Shown: in pieces, positions 44,101-53,900 of the stretch
Layout: every line of letters begins with the position of its first letter
How positions within the stretch are numbered: position 1 is the first letter of the stretch
Made by a program: the position numbers and the translations under genes
NCBI GenBank assembly: GCA_017462605.1
Contig: JAFTQV010000061.1
Coordinates: 24,262-88,261 of the forward strand
Direction of reading: 5' to 3'
Length of the DNA stretch: 64,000 bases
Source of the DNA: Clostridia bacterium
GTDB taxonomy: Bacteria; Bacillota; Clostridia; Oscillospirales; CAG-272
The notes under the pieces: generated by a model
What the model saw: only the letters and a program-made list of their open reading frames with translations
Told to the model about the DNA's origin: nothing
The model's database searches: none

Positions 44101-47100
44101 CCGTCTATTTTCTTGACGTTATCCGAGGAAAGACCTGCGTTCCAATAGCTGTCCCACATACCGGTATTGACGCTGTAGCTCATATAAACGGCAGGGCTTG
44201 AACCGTAGAATATATTAGATCCCGCGCTTACGACCGATGCGGGGATATATACGTGAGTAAGATTTCCACACTGCGAGAAGGCTTTCATTCCCACCGAAGC
44301 TATACCCTCGGGAAGGATCACCTTCTTGATCGTATCGTTGCCGAAGAACGCCTCGTTTTCTATTCTGAGAACGTTATAACCGTCCAGCTTTTCGGGAATA
44401 TTCACTATACTGTCCGTACCCGTGTAGCCGATTATCGCAACTCCGTCGCCGTAAAGCTCGTATTCAATGCCTACGGTGCCGTAGCTCCACTTGGGTGTAA
44501 GGGTAGTATCCCAGACAACGAATGAATTCTCAAAATCCCATTTATTTCCAAATCCGTCATACCAGCCCTCGAAGGTGTATCCGGGGCGAATGAGGTTGCC
44601 GGGATCTTCGATCTTCTTAAACGCCTTGCTCGTCACAGGATCGATATTACCCCAACCCTCGGTCTCGAAGGTGACGGTATTTTCCTTGACAAAACCAACG
44701 TAAGCTCCTAGAAGAAGGATAGCCGCGATAAGCACCGCCGCGAATATTCTCGCCGCAGCCTTTTTGGTCTTCTGGCGTGAGAGCGCCTTCGTCTTAACGG
44801 TAACGGGTGAATAGAAGCTCTCGATCACGCCAAACTGAGGCATGATCTCCTTTGCCGCATTATTGTGTTTTCTCAGCTCCGGCAGGCAGGCGAACTTCTT
44901 CATATAGTCCTCTCTTCGGTTCTGGTGCGCGCTGTATACCGAGGAGAAATATTTATGCTGAGCATCGGTAGCCGAGTTGAGCGCCTCGCGGTATTCGGTG
45001 TATTCCTCAAGCTTTTTCTTCGAGCGGCAGATCTCGTAATCGTCGACCGCGTGAAGACGGCACTTGAGAAGTCCCCACCTGATGAGAGCGAGCATCTCGG
45101 ATCTCTTTGTCGGTCCTAACTGCTCTGTGAGAGTATCCGATTCGGTGATGACCGAATCCATATCGGTAAAGTAGGTCTTAGCCTCGGAAAATCTTCTCTC
45201 GAAGATCATGACCATAGCGATCTTATAGAGGAATTCGAGATAAGCCGCTTCGCCCTTTATACTGAGAACTCCGTTGCCCACACACTCTATAAAGGGTCTG
45301 TGATGCGAGAAGTTATTCTGTATCTGATAGGAGAGAAGGCGCATAAGGTCCTTGACCGTAACGTTCTCAAAATCGCACTTCGAGCAGATAAGTATTCTCT
45401 CTATGATCTCATCCTTATCGAGATCCTTCGGCTCCTTCTTGGATGCATCGTCATCCTTATTGATCTTAAGCTTGAAGGAGCGCATAGGAGATCCGCCGAG
45501 ACGGCAGCCGAGAAGGTTCCAGTACATCGCCGCCTCGTGGCTCGCCTTAAGATAGGTATTGAAATACTCTATCGCCTCTTTATAATATCCCGAGAAGTAG
45601 AGCGAATTTGCGAAATCACGCAAGAACGCCATATTGAAGGCGTTGTTTTCCGCTATGAAAAGCTTATCGCGGCAGGTCTCGTAAAGCGCCGTCGCAAATT
45701 TAAGATTGCCCGCCTTGACCGCATCGACCGTATGACCCTTGATGATATCAAGAAGATTTTTGATCGACTTATCGGGAATATACTTGGCAAGCACCTCAAG
45801 GAGCTTTACTATCTGATTATCGTTCTCAGCCTTCGCGACCTGATACATAAGCATATTGATCAGGTTATCGGTAAAGTCCTCGTCCGTGGGGTTATTTATC
45901 GCCGCCTCGAGAAGCGAGAATGCCTCGGGTCCTACCGACTTGAAGCTGTAAATAAGATCGGCAGGCTGAGTGATCTCGGTGGGAGAGGCTCCCCTTAAGC
46001 TTCCCGTTATATACTTATCGGGCAGCTTCACCTTGACCTTCGATAAGAACATACCGAAGTAAGCCTTACCGTTGTTCGGGTTCTCGTCCGCTATCTTCTT
46101 GAAGCTCTGGTATGCTATATTGTAATTCTTATTGACGAGGTAGAGGTTTGCGTTCTGCATCTCTCTCGCCTCGGACGCCGTGATATGAGTAATGGTCCTT
46201 GACTGACCTATGTTTACTCTCTTCTCGCCGGCTCCCGTATAGTCGAGCGACTCCTCGTCAAAGCCCTCGTTAAGCACTCTCGTGGGTATTTTCGCGCCCC
46301 TCTTTCCGCCCGGCTTGACGAATTCGAGCGCGCGGATAAGCTCATCCTTAAAGTTAAGGGAGAGCGCGTCTATCATAGTATGCTCTATCCTTCCGCCGAG
46401 AGCCGCAGGAAGCTTCGGAGGCTTGCCGAAGTAAACAATTATTAGCGAATTCGGCATTTTCTTGCCTCTGCCGATGAAGTACATATACCTCTTCCACTCG
46501 TTTTCAACCCAAGCGCTTTCAAGGTATTCATACTTGCTCGCGAGAAGCACCATTGCCTGAGAGGTCTGAAGAGCCTTAAGTATTCTCGGCTCATAGTCCT
46601 TACCCTTAAGGTTCTTATCATTGCCGATGGACTCGGGCGAGAAGAATACGTTATACTTCTTCTTTGTGAAAAGCTCGTAGATCTCCCTTGCAGTCTTGCA
46701 GTCCTGAGTCTCTATGGTCATCTCGCTGCCGTCTATCGTCTGAATTACGTCGCTCGACTTGAAGGAGATGAATATATTGTAAGCAGGCTCCTTATCAAGA
46801 AGCTCGAAGTGGCGGCGAAGTATACCGTCAAGCTCCTCGACCTGAGTGCGGTAGAAGTCCGCATCGCCCGACGTCGCCGCATTTTCGATAGCAAGCTTGA
46901 AATTATCGCTGCTCGCAAGCTCGTGACCCTTCTCATAGCTATGGTGGAAGAAGGTGGGCACAGGCACCTGCTTTGTCGCATCCGTAACGTATACTATTCC
47001 GTATTCGATAAGCAAGGACTGCCAGTAAAGCTCACCGCAGGCAGGATTTTTTCTCTTGTATTCGGTGCAAAGATCCTCTGCCTTGATGAAATCACGCAGC

Positions 47101-47258
47101 TGCCTGAAGCGGCTGATATCCCTGAGGTCGGCGGTGATGTCTTTATTTAAATTATCGTAGACCCTCTTACAGTATCGGCACTGCACCTTAATACTGTCGC
47201 GCGGAATGTCAAGAGGCGCGCCGCAGTGCAGACAATTGAGAGTGGCTGATGGATTCAT
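41118..47258 (-). CDS. 2046-aa zinc-ribbon / TIR / TPR-like / single-TM / LRR + Listeria-Bacteroides-repeat + PPC-like surface protein
   Basis: RBS AAAGGA. Ribbon CLHCG...CRYCKR. TIR-like block aa ~159-300. About 500 aa of helical repeats follow. A basic stretch plus TM (RQKTKKAAARIFAAVLIAAILLLGAYVGFV, ~44689-44750) comes next. Beyond it are YTFEGWYDGFGNKWDF-type repeats and many BspA LRR units (IPASVTTVSSS, LPDGVTSIGQEAFAYC...). There is no LPXTG motif. Confidence 0.85.
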   Translation of the reverse strand: MNPSATLNCLHCGAPLDIPRDSIKVQCRYCKRVYDNLNKDITADLRDISRFRQLRDFIKAEDLCTEYKRKNPACGELYWQSLLIEYGIVYVTDATKQVPVPTFFHHSYEKGHELASSDNFKLAIENAATSGDADFYRTQVEELDGILRRHFELLDKEPAYNIFISFKSSDVIQTIDGSEMTIETQDCKTAREIYELFTKKKYNVFFSPESIGNDKNLKGKDYEPRILKALQTSQAMVLLASKYEYLESAWVENEWKRYMYFIGRGKKMPNSLIIVYFGKPPKLPAALGGRIEHTMIDALSLNFKDELIRALEFVKPGGKRGAKIPTRVLNEGFDEESLDYTGAGEKRVNIGQSRTITHITASEAREMQNANLYLVNKNYNIAYQSFKKIADENPNNGKAYFGMFLSKVKVKLPDKYITGSLRGASPTEITQPADLIYSFKSVGPEAFSLLEAAINNPTDEDFTDNLINMLMYQVAKAENDNQIVKLLEVLAKYIPDKSIKNLLDIIKGHTVDAVKAGNLKFATALYETCRDKLFIAENNAFNMAFLRDFANSLYFSGYYKEAIEYFNTYLKASHEAAMYWNLLGCRLGGSPMRSFKLKINKDDDASKKEPKDLDKDEIIERILICSKCDFENVTVKDLMRLLSYQIQNNFSHHRPFIECVGNGVLSIKGEAAYLEFLYKIAMVMIFERRFSEAKTYFTDMDSVITESDTLTEQLGPTKRSEMLALIRWGLLKCRLHAVDDYEICRSKKKLEEYTEYREALNSATDAQHKYFSSVYSAHQNRREDYMKKFACLPELRKHNNAAKEIMPQFGVIESFYSPVTVKTKALSRQKTKKAAARIFAAVLIAAILLLGAYVGFVKENTVTFETEGWGNIDPVTSKAFKKIEDPGNLIRPGYTFEGWYDGFGNKWDFENSFVVWDTTLTPKWSYGTVGIEYELYGDGVAIIGYTGTDSIVNIPEKLDGYNVLRIENEAFFGNDTIKKVILPEGIASVGMKAFSQCGNLTHVYIPASVVSAGSNIFYGSSPAVYMSYSVNTGMWDSYWNAGLSSDNVKKIDGVSDDGFGYVIKSLQIQSGETAETKDVASIEAYFGSAYDLTVPDKIAGYETAYVGSGAFSGESRLVRITLPETLTLINSGAFLGCDKLISVICRAKEVSVSSNAFNSGHTLFDVYSESNAFDGAVNKILNKLESIDAKGVVTIDNGLVFVSYSDENNTEEGLFAYVGYAKELTLPSSFGENSTYKLYNGAVSGNEIIEKITLSAAVSEVGEGAFANCSSLESVFIPASLTKVSKDLFRGSPNVKVYMESAEAPADFDADWNAAQRPVFYGVTSEYGITPSGLEWIKKADGTVVLIGLKGKPDDEPKDSASIANNTYELFIPKTIKGAVVNEIVPDIFKNRYLIKTLSIPGSVKELYPGMLSGCVSLETVKFPSAGVMGLSDEAPESGDAELDVLYAYPIGYFFGEERYSVVDTTYYGNDTVLASVGVTQHYYEKGNSWSERTYQLPKNLKVIAIDNGGYVVSYAFENMIDLTDVLLGNGVKAISEHAFSGCSGLTSIYVPTDLASIGGRAFSGCSALKNIYQGDEEINPNILPTSLEFIGEEAFLGCSSLESLDVRGAKTLSRGFLGGCFSLSSLTIPFVGCTASETTDYAKEEVLGYFFGQSSAGGNVYVIESSDATYYIPGALKSVTVTGEKVISDKAFYGFSSLESVDLPDNLTEIGELAFSNCTSLSMATLPDGVTSIGQEAFAYCKAFVEFMLPKSVKSIGLHAFASCTAINKFIIPRDSMLESIGAGAFAACIGIKSLDIPASVTTVSSSIIENAADVVIYCAAEEKPEGWDEGWIGDKPTVIFGYDGSYITYRFVTEGGAVADIIDQRAIKLPAPPSHPTKSYFIGWYDNAEFAGRAVDAEHYYSKTATTLYARWESDARGTSLSVPKEIPLDEPYKVTCTLGSEATAYFEFFCEEAGDYTIYYLPAASNDALTVINMTLTVYGDNGEVIHTESAERSAGADPSQYVITLAEGERLVFSFKSEWVSGFFASLADAEIYIKKYKWLDI
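46359..46784 (-). other. TIR-like domain of the 2046-aa protein
   Basis: YNIFISFKSSD...NVFFSPESI...AMVLLASKYEYLESAWVENEWKRY. The conserved Glu254 codon is at 46497-46499. The block is collinear with the TIR block of the 707-aa paralogue. Confidence 0.65.
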
Positions 47259-47286
47259 TAGATCGATATCCTTTCGGTTTTAATTC

Positions 47287-48066
47287 TTAAAGGCGTCCCT
47301 TCGCCTTTCTGATAAAGTCAAGCACGATATCAGCGGGGATAGCGTAGTTCATACCCTCGGTCGCGCTTCCGTCGCGCTGGATACGGCTCGAAACTATAAC
47401 GCCGATTGCGATACCCTCTGAGTTGAAGATAGGTCCGCCCGAGTTACCGCCGTTGATAGCGCAGTCTGTCATCATAAGGGTATGGCCTGCAAGCTGGCGG
47501 CGCTTATCGCTGACGATACCGCTCGTGATACAAGTTCCGTCTCCGAGCGAATTTCCGACAACGTATACCTGCTCGCCGATGCGTACCTTATCAAAGTCTC
47601 CGATGACTATGGGAGATGCATCGTAGGGCACTCTGTCAAGCTTGATGAGAGCGAGGTCAACGCCTGCTCCTCTGCCGCCCTGATTATCGCCGAGAGCGAT
47701 GATCCTCGCTCCTATTCTCTCACCCGATATCGTTGCAACAACGGTATGGCAGGGGAGCGATTCATCGGTGACGACGTGAGTATTGGTGATAGCGTAGCCT
47801 TCTCTGTCAATAAGGAAGCCCGAGCCTGCCGAAGCGCCTCTGTGAGAGAGGCAGCTAAGCTCAAGGATACCCTTGATATTCTTCTCGAAAACGTCAACTC
47901 CCGAGGATACTCTCGGCGCAGGCGCAGCAGCGGGCGCGGGCGCGGTGGGAGCTGAAGCGGGAGCCTTCGGAGCTGCCGCATCATAGTCTATCTTCTTGCA
48001 AAGCTTGCATTTGAAAAATCCGTCCGGTGTCGGAATAAGGGGGCCGCCGCAGTTCTTACATTTCAT
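47287..48066 (-). CDS. Zinc-ribbon-fused cytoplasmic trypsin-like (S1/DegP-type, no PDZ) serine protease
   Basis: I prefer the ATG at 48064-48066 (MKCKNCGG), which has GGAGG 8 nt upstream. Ribbon CKNCGG...CKLCKK, then a Pro/Ala linker. Triad context TNTHVV / VDLALIKL / GNSGGPIF. No signal peptide. Confidence 0.8.
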   Translation of the reverse strand: MKCKNCGGPLIPTPDGFFKCKLCKKIDYDAAAPKAPASAPTAPAPAAAPAPRVSSGVDVFEKNIKGILELSCLSHRGASAGSGFLIDREGYAITNTHVVTDESLPCHTVVATISGERIGARIIALGDNQGGRGAGVDLALIKLDRVPYDASPIVIGDFDKVRIGEQVYVVGNSLGDGTCITSGIVSDKRRQLAGHTLMMTDCAINGGNSGGPIFNSEGIAIGVIVSSRIQRDGSATEGMNYAIPADIVLDFIRKAKGRL

Positions 48067-48086
48067 AGTCTCATCCTCCAAAAGTC

Positions 48087-49127
48087 TTAAGAGAGCTGCT
48101 TGCCGCAGCCCGAGCAGAACTTAGCTCCGCCCTTATTTTCAGCTCCGCAAGCGGGGCAAACGGTCTTTGCTATAGCGGTAGCCTTACCGCAAGCCGAGCA
48201 GAACTTAGCTCCGGGAGCAAGCTCGCCGCCGCAATTGGGGCAAAAGTTGCCTGCCTTGGGCGCGCCCGAATTTGCGTTTGCGCCCTTAAGCACCTCGTAG
48301 TAAGCCGCCTTATCGCGCATCTCAAGCTCGCGAAGGTATTTCTCGCGCTCCCAGTTCTTATCGTCAAGTCTCTCTTCCTCGGCGCGGCGCTCCTTATCGC
48401 TGAGAGTCTTCTTCATATTCTCGATATTATCCTCGATGAAGCCCTCAAGCTTCTCCTCGTCGCCCTCGGCGAGATTTATGCTGTTGATAATGAAGTTGGA
48501 AAGCTCTATACCCCACTGCGTGTCAAATTTCTTATTGAGTATGGGGGCTATAAGAGAAGCGATCATCTTCTTATCCGAGGTGAACTCTTCGTACGTAAGC
48601 TTCTTCTCGTGCGCCACCTGGCAGAATACGTCGCAGAATTCGTTGACTACCGCGCTAAGCACTCTTTCCTCGAAGTCCTCGCGGGAGAACTCACTCCTTG
48701 CGCCGCCGAGCTTCTTGAAGAACTGATCGTGATTTGTGATATTGATACCGAACTCACCGTTCGCTCCGATCTTAATGGTCTTGAAGCTGAAGGGATCGCG
48801 GTAAATAAATCTGTCCGGCGTGCCCCAGCAGATAACGATATCGGTCTCCTTGGGCATATAAACGACCTCGACCGAAAGACCCTTCTTCCAATCTCCGACC
48901 TCTCCTCTGGTATCGAAAACCTTATAGTTTCCGCTCTCGAGCAAACGGCAGTCTCCGCCGCCCTTGATAAGAAGAGCTACGTGAGTCATAGGAACCTCAA
49001 CGATGGCGTCCTTCTTCTCAACGATGGAATTGACTCTGACGAAAAGCACGTCGTTATCGTCCACCTTCGCGTTGCACATATTCTGATCAAACTTGATGAC
49101 CTGAGGCTTTTTATTAAAAAATCCCAT
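48087..49127 (-). CDS. SPFH (YdjI / COG4260-like) protein with a coiled coil and C-terminal double zinc ribbon
   Basis: MGFFNKK...WGTPDRFIYRDP...GANGEFGINITNHDQFFKKL resembles YdjI-type SPFH proteins. A charged coiled coil follows (KERRAEEERLDDKNWEREKYLRELEMRDK), then CPNCGG..CSACGK and CPACGA..CSGCGK. Confidence 0.65.
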   Translation of the reverse strand: MGFFNKKPQVIKFDQNMCNAKVDDNDVLFVRVNSIVEKKDAIVEVPMTHVALLIKGGGDCRLLESGNYKVFDTRGEVGDWKKGLSVEVVYMPKETDIVICWGTPDRFIYRDPFSFKTIKIGANGEFGINITNHDQFFKKLGGARSEFSREDFEERVLSAVVNEFCDVFCQVAHEKKLTYEEFTSDKKMIASLIAPILNKKFDTQWGIELSNFIINSINLAEGDEEKLEGFIEDNIENMKKTLSDKERRAEEERLDDKNWEREKYLRELEMRDKAAYYEVLKGANANSGAPKAGNFCPNCGGELAPGAKFCSACGKATAIAKTVCPACGAENKGGAKFCSGCGKQLS

Positions 49128-49184
49128 AATTAAATCTCCCGATATGTAAAAATTTGGCGGATAATATTACGCCATTATAAATTG

Positions 49185-49213
49185 AGTATATCATACATAT
49201 AAATATTTTGCAA
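49185..49213 (-). promoter_or_regulatory. Promoter of the SPFH-protease-TIR operon
   Basis: On the minus strand: TTGCAA (49208-49213), a 17-nt spacer, then TATACT (49185-49190), about 50 nt upstream of the ATG at 49127. Confidence 0.55.
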
Positions 49214-49272
49214 TAGTTTTTTAACAAAATAAAAACAAATAAAAACAAATAACCCCAATTTCGGCAAAAACA

Positions 49273-49301
49273 TTGCAAACCCGAACTCTTTGTGTTATAC
49301 T
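49273..49301 (+). promoter_or_regulatory. Promoter of malQ
   Basis: TTGCAA (49273-49278), a 17-nt spacer, then TATACT (49296-49301). Confidence 0.55.
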
Positions 49302-49335
49302 TAGATCGTAATTTTATCCATCGAAAGGAAAAGCG

Positions 49336-50826
49336 ATGAACAAAACGGATAACTTCGGCTTCAAGCATAAGAGCGGCATACTTATGCCCGTCTCATCTCT
49401 GCCCTCAAAATACGGAATAGGAGACTTTGGAAAGGAAGCTTATAAATTTGTTAATTTTTTAAAGGAATGCCGCCAGAAGTGCTGGCAGGTGCTGCCTCTC
49501 GTGCAGACCTCATACGGCGATAGCCCATACCAGTCGCCCGCATCGGCGTCTCTCAATCCTTATTTTATAGATCCCGACACCCTGGTTTTAAAGAAGCTTC
49601 TCACAAAGGAAGAGGCAAAGGCTCTTGCCGATACCTCGCCCCGTGTTGACTACGGAAGGCTCTTTTTCACAAGGTACGAGGCACTCCGTGTCGCGTTTTC
49701 GCGCTTCTCACCCGATAATACCTACCGCTCGTTTTTGAAAAGAGAGGCAAGCTGGGTTAAGGATTACGCCCTCTTTATGGCGCTCAAGGTAAAGAACTCT
49801 TACCGCCCGTGGTACGAATGGGACGAGAGCGAAAAAGACTTTGAAAAAGCGAAGGCGAAAGCGGATCTGCTTCGCGATGAATGCGACTTCTGGCTCTGGG
49901 TCCAGTACGAGGCTGACGCCGAGTGGCGCGCTCTTAAAGCATACGCGAAGAAAAACAGAATAATTCTCATCGGAGATATGCCGATCTACGTCGCGCATGA
50001 CAGTCTGGACGTTTGGTCAAGCCCCGAGGACTTCCTTCTTGACGAGGATTTTAACCCCCGCTTCGTTGCGGGATGCCCGCCCGATGCCTACGCAGAGGAC
50101 GGTCAGCTCTGGGGCAACCCCATATACGACTGGGATAAAATGAAAAATGACGGCTTCTCCTGGTGGCTCGACCGTGTCGGCAGGAGCTTCCGTCTATACG
50201 ATATTCTGAGGATAGACCACTTCCGCGGCTTCGCGAGCTACTGGCAGATACCCTACGGAGATGAAAACGCAAGGCGCGGCTCCTGGATAGCCGCCCCGGG
50301 CAAGGAGCTTTTCGCAGCGGTCAGAGCCTCCTACCCCAAGGCAAGGATCATTGCCGAGGATCTCGGCTTTATAACGGATGACGTCCGCGAGCTTTTAGCT
50401 TATACGGGCTTCCCCGGAATGAAGCTTCTGCAGTTTGCATTCTTCTCGCCCGACTCCGAGTACCTTCCGAAGAACTACACGACCGAAAACTGCGTTGTCT
50501 ACACAGGCTCGCACGACTCCGAATGCACAAAAAGCTGGGCAGCTGCCCTTAAGGGAGATGAGAAAAAGCTCTTCCTTTCGGAGACGAAAAAGCAAAAGGG
50601 CGAAGCAAAAACCGACGCGCTTATCCGCCTCGCTATGCAAAGTTCGGGTAACCTTACCGTCATTCCCATTCAGGACTATCTCGGTCTCACCAACGCCGAG
50701 GGCAGAATGAACACCCCCTCAGTCGCCATGGGCAACTGGACCTTCCGAGTATCCCCAAGATTTGCTTCGGAAAAGTTCAAGAATAAGATACTATCTATCA
50801 CAAAAAAATCCAAGAGAAATACATAA
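49336..50826 (+). CDS. malQ: 4-alpha-glucanotransferase (amylomaltase, GH77)
   Basis: KSGILMPVSSLPSKYGIGDFG, SYGDSPYQS, IGDMPIYV, RIDHFRGF and DLGFIT are characteristic MalQ blocks. Confidence 0.9.
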   Translation: MNKTDNFGFKHKSGILMPVSSLPSKYGIGDFGKEAYKFVNFLKECRQKCWQVLPLVQTSYGDSPYQSPASASLNPYFIDPDTLVLKKLLTKEEAKALADTSPRVDYGRLFFTRYEALRVAFSRFSPDNTYRSFLKREASWVKDYALFMALKVKNSYRPWYEWDESEKDFEKAKAKADLLRDECDFWLWVQYEADAEWRALKAYAKKNRIILIGDMPIYVAHDSLDVWSSPEDFLLDEDFNPRFVAGCPPDAYAEDGQLWGNPIYDWDKMKNDGFSWWLDRVGRSFRLYDILRIDHFRGFASYWQIPYGDENARRGSWIAAPGKELFAAVRASYPKARIIAEDLGFITDDVRELLAYTGFPGMKLLQFAFFSPDSEYLPKNYTTENCVVYTGSHDSECTKSWAAALKGDEKKLFLSETKKQKGEAKTDALIRLAMQSSGNLTVIPIQDYLGLTNAEGRMNTPSVAMGNWTFRVSPRFASEKFKNKILSITKKSKRNT

Positions 50827-50860
50827 TATGTAAACTATTATTTGCTATATAACAATAATT

Positions 50861-50920
50861 AAGCCTACAAATAAGAGCTTGGTTTTTATTGCCGTGTTCT
50901 TATTCGTAGGCTTTTTATTC
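50861..50920. terminator. Bidirectional terminator between malQ and the convergent giant gene
   Basis: AAGCCTAC..ATAAGA...TCTTAT..GTAGGCTT hairpin (50861-50913) followed by TTTTATTC. Confidence 0.65.
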
Positions 50921-50933
50921 TAAATTGTTTTAT

Positions 50934-53900
50934 TTACGGATCACTATCATAACTACTACCTTGACTGCCGGGTTGACCGTCCTCGCCTTTTATAGTTACT
51001 AAATTATCAACGGCAATATTATTTACAATTGCAACAGCTCCGGCTCCGGCATCTCCGCCAGCGCCTCTCGTTCCGTTCGCATAGTTAGTATCTCTGCGAC
51101 CGCCAGTACCTCCGTTGCCGCCTTGACCACCGGTAGCTACTCCGTTAGTGGTTTTAATAATATCAAAGGTTTGTGCCTCTATTGCACAAGCTCCCGAACC
51201 GCCCGAACCGCCTTTGCCACCGACATTTTGGGAACCCCATAATTTATTTCTTGCATCCTCTCCTTTTCCTCCGTCGCCACCTCGTCCGCCTACGATGCTA
51301 AATACTGAATCACCATATGCGCGGAATGTATTACATTTTAAAGCAACGCCACCATCACCACCTTTTGCTCCGGGGTTTCCGTTTCTGGAACTTCCAGGTA
51401 TTCCAGTATAATCTCCCCCCTCGCCTCCGGCGCCGCCCACAATATTAAGCGAAGCAGTACGCTTGACAGTCACAGTCTCGGCATTTATTGCTACACCGCC
51501 ATCACCGCCCTCTGTGCCTTCCGCAGAAGGATTTGCGCCATTTCCGCCAACGACAGTTAATTTTCCGTTTTCCATATCAACAGTAATATTCGTAGCGCTA
51601 ATTGCGGTACCGCCGGTCGCAGATTGATCGCTTCCCGCTCCTGCTGTAACGGTAAGCTCTCCGCTTCCCGTGAAGGTAAGTGATTCAATGTCATTAAAAA
51701 TTATTCCCGCTTCAGCAGACGTACCGATCGAGCATTTTCCGTTTACATCAACGGTCAAGTATGTGCCGCCATTATTGTATGTAGAAAATGCCGGATTATA
51801 ATCTGAAATAAGATTAAAATCTGATAAACGTATCAGTACAGGAAATTCAGGGCGGAAGCTGCACAAAGTAATGCCGAGATTCAAATAAGTTTTCAGAGGA
51901 TCGCCAACAAAGACAATTTCCTCTGTTGCAGGGTCAATATCAATATGACCTTTTCTTCCTACGTGATCTTCAATTCCGTAAGAAGGAATATCACAATTAC
52001 TGATCATGCTCCAATCAACTATTATCTTGGGTACGCCCTCAATAGGTCTTCGGGGCGTGCTTTCCACGGTATTAAACACGCTATAAGTATCTCCGCCTGA
52101 CCACGTATCGGAAACCACGGTGCCCGTCGGAACGTATTTTCCAACCGTAAAGGGATCGACTTCCCAAACTGCGTAAAGGTTGACATTTCCGCCGTAAACC
52201 GAGGTAAGATTCTTAATCTCAGCTTTATCTTCATAAACAACGTTACCGGTTGATGACGTTGACCAGCCCTTAAATATCCAGCCGTTGACACTAAGTGTAT
52301 TTGGGCTGAGAGTTGCGCTTTTTCCGTATATGCACGTTATAGACTGCATTTTATCGGTCGTCAAGGCGCCGTTTTTGGGGGTGTTTTCAATAAAGCTTAC
52401 GCTGTATCTAATAGGTGTTTTCTTCGCATAGAAAACTTTATTTCCGTAGCTTCCCTTGGTAACAGATACAATAGGTTCTCCGCTATATGATGAGTTGGAA
52501 TACCACTCGCCGATCTCATAACCCTCAAGTGATGAGTGATCCGCAAGTATTATCGCATCAGACTCAACGTTATACGGAATAACCTTGAATATCTCTCCGT
52601 CAAGGACTAAGGTTGCCGTAAATTCGATGGGCTCCGACCACTTTGCATAGAAGATTTTATTTCCTGTGCTTCCTGCTTCAAGCTTTGTTACAGGTGAGCC
52701 TGAAAGCTCTGCATTGTCATACCATGCAACGGTATTATAAGCAGGGTGATATACTTTATCGGACGTGGGAAGAATAACCTCTTCGATCTTATTATAAATT
52801 ATACTGTCAATACCCTCTCCGCCGTTTGTTACGAAGTTGATAGTGTACTGATTATAATTCATCTTACCGTAAAGCGTTATATCGCTGCAAAGAGCCGCTA
52901 CGATAGTTTTATAAGTAATACCAACAAGACTTTCGCTCTCATACCAAGCCTCAAATGTCTTTCCCGATTCCTCGGGAGTCGGCAGATCAATAACGACGTC
53001 CTCAATATCATAAACGATCTCTCGGAATATCTCTCCGCCAAGCATAAGAGTTATAGTATATTCATTCAGCTTCCACTTTGCATAGAAGATCTTTCTTCCC
53101 GTGCTGTTCTGCTCGATCTCGGTAATGGAAGAACCGCTGTAATCCGAAGACGTATACCAGCCGATGAAGGTGTATCCTTTTCTTGTGGGAGTCGCGAGAG
53201 TTACGGTATCGTTTTTAGTATAACTTCCGTTTGCAATAGACTTGCCGCCCATGGTCTCGTAAATGATATCATACTCGGTGATCTCCCACCTTGCATAAAG
53301 CTCGAGATTATCGATAGTACCGGGCGCGATAGAGAATATGGCTTCTCCGCTCAAATCAGCATTCGTATACCAGCCGCAGAACGTTTCGCCGTATTTAGTA
53401 GGCTCAGAGAGATCTATCTCTGCAGAATTTATATAATACTCTATTGAGAGTATTTCGCTTCCGCCGTTTGAATTGAAAGTAATTATATATTTTGTCGGAT
53501 GTACCGCCATAGCATAATAGATTTTATCTCCGGTGCTGCCCGCGGGAATAAACGTCACAGGATCTCCGCCGAATGCTTCATTCCTGAAGAAACCTTCAAA
53601 ATCATATCCGGGCTTATCGACCGATGTCGGAAGCTCATAATCGGGGGACTCTATCGTGTAGGTATCGGTCTTTATGATCTTACCGTCAAGATAAAGGGTG
53701 ATATTATATACGTGAGGGACGAAACGTCCGTAAAGCGCAATATGCCCATAGCTTCCCGCGCCGATAGACGTGATAGCCTCACCCGAAAAATCGGAGGTTT
53801 TATACCAGCCTGCAAAGTCATATCCGCGCTTTTCGGGAATAGTTAGATTTTCAGTTTCCTTTATAGTATATTCTTCGGGCGCGATCGCATCTTCACCCTC

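Noticed and set aside
49114-49368. 84-aa minus-strand ORF in the malQ / SPFH divergent promoter region
   Set aside because: The region is very A/T-rich and contains two well-formed divergent promoters. The ORF overlaps both neighbouring start codons and has no RBS.
50934-51930. Gly-rich C-terminal region of the 1780-aa protein as collagen-like or as a tandem DNA repeat
   Set aside because: It has no Gly-X-Y triplet periodicity. The nucleotide sequence is not a tandem repeat, and only the amino-acid composition (GGxGG) recurs. This is more consistent with a beta-helix/solenoid tail.
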